The notes beneath the pieces are model-generated. The model had not been told where the DNA came from and did not search any database. It worked only from the letters and a program-made list of their open reading frames with translations. The translations under genes were made by a program, and so were the position numbers. Source: Gnetum montanum (lineage: Eukaryota; Plantae; Gnetophyta). From it: a stretch of 64,000 nt of DNA. The stretch covers positions 573,318 through 637,317 of the forward strand of contig MNCI01001519.1 in NCBI GenBank assembly GCA_015680685.1. Reading direction: 5' to 3'. How positions within the stretch are numbered: the first letter of the stretch is position 1; each line of letters begins with the position of its first letter. This document shows positions 59,831 to 64,000 of the stretch, in pieces.

Positions 59831-61163
59831 GAAAAATCCAGAGCGTACTGTAATTCAATAGAAAGCATGTTAGAGCTTTGATCTTATATTGATTAAAATC
59901 AACATGTTACTATGTTTGGTTGGAAATCAAAGTAACTTAAACTATGAACTAGCTTGGCCAATGCCATGTAACAGTAGACCACCTGACAGTGTAGCGCAAT
60001 GTTCAAATTGAAACTACAAATTCATGGCACAAGGACGTGTTGTGCAATAATTATGCAGTTGCATATGATGCACCAACATATCTTGGAAAAAAAAAAAACA
60101 TCAAAAAGATGCAATTGCAATGTTTTGCATGATTAAAGTGAAAAGTGATGATGGAAGAATTTGCTGCGTAAGCATATTTAACCATTTTTAACTTTCTTTT
60201 TGCAATCCCACCAAGTTACCCTCATGCATGATGTGCAGTTTTATGCAATTTTTGTATAGTTTCATATAGCATGACATTGCAAATCAAACTTATATGCATA
60301 AGCCATGAAGAGCCATCAAAAGTAGGGAAAATTTATGCATTCAAAAATTGAAGGCTAGTATTTTCTCCTCACCATAAAATCGATGACGGTTATAAGAAAG
60401 TTTAAAAGAAAATTAAAGCCAAATGCACAATAAGTTGTGAAGGTATTTGCAAGAAAAATTGATACATTCAAAAGAGAGACTAAAGCTGCATTCCAAACTG
60501 ATAACAGCAAGGCCACGAAGTAAAGTTCTGCTCCTGCTGAAAGCTGATAATGGAAAGCCTATAGAACCTATGAATCCGAACGATAGACCAAAGCTCTGCT
60601 CAAAATGACATTGGAAAGGTTAACACAATAAGGAATTTGCTTTACCACAAGATCACCGGTTTGATTACATCAATTTATGGCTTTGAATCATATTCAATCA
60701 ATGGTGCCAGGTAGAGGTAGGACCATTAAAATAATAATTACAAAGACACGTCAGAGGAGATCACAAGAAGTTTGATAAGTTTGATCTCCTCGTTGGAATT
60801 CCAATCCCCATTCTCTGCTCACTTTCTCATAAAATTATCTTAAAAAAATGTTTACAGCTGATGCAATGACAATAATAACTATCAAATTATCATTTTTAGA
60901 TTAGAAAATGATAGTTAGAAAGAACATATGTATTATTGGTATAGTTTGAAATTCAAACCTCTCAAATTAATTATAAACTGGAGTCGAACTTCTAAATTTT
61001 CAACTTTATTTATTATAAAACGATCTAAAAATGAAAATTTACAACTTCATTAACTTTCCCAAATCACTGTTGTTTTGCAATAGCAAGCACAGAAATTTTT
61101 GAACTAATATTTGCAGTACTCTGAAAGTAAGAGAAAAATGTACAAGGTTCAATAAATTAAAAA

Positions 61164-61376
61164 TCAGGAGGTCGATCTGGCTGCTGCTGGCACACCTGTG
61201 CCTAAACTACTACTGCTAACCGTCGCTATTTGTTTTTCACTACTAAAATTTAGAGAACTGCCATTCTCACCATGATCTTGTTTTACAAGTTCATCTATTT
61301 TCCGAAATTGCCATGGCCAACGTGAATTATAAAGGAATTGTCGAAGATCAAACCGATTGTCTTCAGGAGAGTAGCT
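61164..61376 (-). CDS. QNS1: Glutamine-dependent NAD+ synthetase, last coding exon
   Basis: [31 protein letters not shown]...ARSTS*; ttacag acceptor, phase 0. Confidence 0.93.
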   Translation of the reverse strand, partial: SYSPEDNRFDLRQFLYNSRWPWQFRKIDELVKQDHGENGSSLNFSSEKQIATVSSSSLGTGVPAAARSTS

Positions 61377-61675
61377 CTGTAATTAAACTCAACATAGCAA
61401 TTATTAACTTTCACAAAATCCATAAAGCTGCTCACTACTAGGGATTCTAACTATGCAACTTTGAATAGGCATAGAAAAGCATGAAAAATAATTTCTTTTT
61501 AAAAATGAAAACATTGACAACCATCACATCAAGCACATTCATCTGTATCTAGCACAATGAAGCTAAGGACTAAATTAATCTTCATAATAGACTAATAATT
61601 GAATGTATATAAATAAAAGTATGCAATTTGGTTGACCTCTGCACAAGGTAGGAAATTGAAATCTAATATATTTAC

Positions 61676-61804
61676 CTCAGCATGGTATGAAGGTGTCAAC
61701 GTTGTCATCTTATGTCGGTTTAAAGAATAGAATTTGAAAAAGTGTTTCACCTTCACTGCAACTTCAGCAGGTGTCAAATGTCCAGACCATCGATGGCAAA
61801 GGTT
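61676..61804 (-). CDS. QNS1: Glutamine-dependent NAD+ synthetase, penultimate coding exon (upstream exons lie beyond the window)
   Basis: [43 protein letters not shown]; ctctag acceptor and GAG|gtaaat donor. Confidence 0.95.
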
Positions 61805-62139
61805 CTAGAGAAAATCATGTGCCAAATGAAACAATTTGCATTAATTTTTTATAATGCAAGGGATCAGCCAAATGATATTTACTTGAAACTTACTAATTAA
61901 CTAGTTCAGCAAACTAGGAATTTTTGATGATGTAAAAGACAAATAATAAATTAACTTTTATAGTTATAAATATCCATTCAGAACGTACCCTACAAATGGA
62001 AAAAGGGGAACACAAAAACTAAATAGTATCAAGGTTATTTGGCAGTCTTTTAGTTTTTTTTTTTTTGAATTTTTATTTGACATGCTTTTTTGGTTTTCAA
62101 TTTTCATAGGTAAACTTCAGGACTTCAACCTTTCAGTGA

Positions 62140-62350
62140 TTTGTATCAAGTCTATCATGAAGATTAAATATATTCCAGATTATCACCAACGGAAGATTTT
62201 CAAAAGATTGACAATTAAAGAAAAGAAGTCTCAAAGTATATGAAAAGACTGTCCACCACTGTGACTTAAAAAGATGGAGTAAATCAGGCAAAAGCCGAGG
62301 TATCAAGATTTGTGATGAACTTAAGACTTGCAATTTAGACAAATACCCCA
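62140..62350 (+). pseudogene. Possible decayed Gypsy gag remnant in the NAD synthetase intron
   Basis: Frameshifted fragments KYIPDYHQRKIFKRL, VSKY..RLST and VSRFVMNLRLAI resemble retrotransposon gag. Confidence 0.3.
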
Positions 62351-64000
62351 ACTTAAAAGATCAACACAAAGGTAAAGGTAAACCCCAACTTAAAGACAAT
62401 GATGGAGAACAAAGAATAGAAATAGAACCTGAGACTAAATATCCAAAACATAAGGACTCAAATCAAATGTTTGGAGGTAGAAGAACTAGAAAAGGTGGAT
62501 TTGAAGGCAGACACAAAGTCAATATAGACATAAAGTTAGTGAGTGACCTGAAAACAAGAAACAAAGAAAAGAGCAATTGACAAACTAAATATGCAATTCC
62601 TAATGAGGCTGCAATCAATCAAGGTAGCAGATCAGTAGTAGACGTGCAATAACCATATTTAGGAACAAATCCGGTAGGAAAGAGAATTTTATCACATGAA
62701 AACATGGAACAGCATGCACAAACATAAAAAAGGTGTAGAACCATTGCTCTATCTCAAGGTAAAATGTCAAGTATGACTTTTGACAGCAATGGCAATGATA
62801 ACAAATAGAAAAGTTGCAGCTCCTAGTTAGTGATAATCTAAGTTCCTATAATGGCACGGCTGCAAGAGGAGCATGAGATAAAATGCAATACAGTATTGTT
62901 ATGGAATTAGATGGATGGTTAAGTATTGTTCTTTGACATTGTCTCTAAATCTTGTATGACATTATCATCTAGCAATATAACATTTTTAGAAGTGTTTGCA
63001 GTGAAGAGGTTACTAATTCAAGTCTAAATATGAAGGTTCATGTTGAAATATTTGAAGTTTACTGTGGTGCTTGTTATGTTTATTACCTAACAGTTAGTTA
63101 TGGGTGGTTGTGTCATATAAATGTTTTGCTAGCACCAGTAGAATCCAAGACTGAATGATTAGAAGTTCTAGAAAATTTGTAGTTATGAGTTCGATCCCTC
63201 TTGACAACTTCAGACTCAAGGTAGCATTTGAAGCAGGACTTTGCTGAGTCAACAATGAAGCTTGATCCCTAGTGGCATCCCACATTGTCTACATGAAACC
63301 CGGGCTCAAGATGTTGCTAACTAAACCACAAGTTCAGTCCCTCTCGCTGACCTTTCATGAAACTAATGCAGTATCCTGACACACTACATTAGCTAGCCTT
63401 TTACTGACCTCCTATGACATGAACATGAACATGACATTCTGACCTATGACATATGTAACTCGGTTACCAGTCCACATTGGTCTTTCTACTTCCATTTTTG
63501 TTTATATGTGATTGGTTCAGCTTTCTTCTCAACAGATAAATAGACTAGTTTCAAAGCATAGTTTTCCAACTTCATTATTAAGACATGCAATAGACAATAA
63601 TCCATACCAAATCCACATTAGCCCTCAGTATTAAATCCCACTATCATCTTCATTGGTGCCTAGTTTGTCTTTAGATTATTGTAACCTCTCCATGGCTGTA
63701 GAAAGGTCATGTGATGACCTTTCAAGGCATCGTAAGACTGCGATAACAAAATATGAACATAAAATGGAAACTCTTGCATTGTTGATGGCCTGAAAGAGAA
63801 GGTATTTCACTTAGTTTTATGTCTTGGACTCGCACTCTTTTATATTCTCATTTTGAAATCTCTTCCATTGCACCTTATGACTTGATTTCTAAGAAGAAAA
63901 GTTGCTGAAAATGAAGCACAACTATATATTTATCCCTAATAAATTTAAAAGTGACATGCTTCTAAGGAAAGAAGGAACAGAGGTAGAGATATTATGTCTG

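Noticed and set aside
63685-63790. Additional NAD synthetase exon (good acceptor ttctctttcag)
   Set aside because: Does not encode the expected upstream sequence (DMGMTY..L...G..RK...CGP..MF); that exon must lie beyond the window

Overview
Eukaryotic, AT-rich plant nuclear DNA from a large, TE-rich genome (a fern, lycophyte or gymnosperm is an inference only). It has three assembly gaps (2670-2704, 4692-5665, 25548). Two host genes lie on the minus strand. One is a complete 4-exon PDIL5-1-type single-thioredoxin protein disulfide isomerase (145 aa, WCKYC), with a GC-AG first intron and a 20.5-kb TE-filled third intron. The other is the last two coding exons of glutamine-dependent NAD+ synthetase. 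The rest is decayed mobile DNA: the 3' half of a Tat/Ogre-type Ty3/Gypsy element, a 3'-truncated and a full-length (TSD CTAGG) Athila-type element, a full-length Ty1/Copia element (TSD GCCTT), a 5'-truncated L1 LINE, RTE LINE fragments, tRNA-derived SINEs and solo LTRs. Two observations stand out. (1) Just after the Tat integrase stop codon is an 11-unit repeat-and-spacer array whose ~24-nt units covary as small H-type pseudoknots. (2) The L1 ORF2 carries, in frame after its zf-RVT finger, a domain resembling the accessory 'plant transposon protein' ORF of LTR retrotransposons. An Athila-encoded relative of that domain is present in the same window. All domain calls are by eye from motifs, not from database searches.
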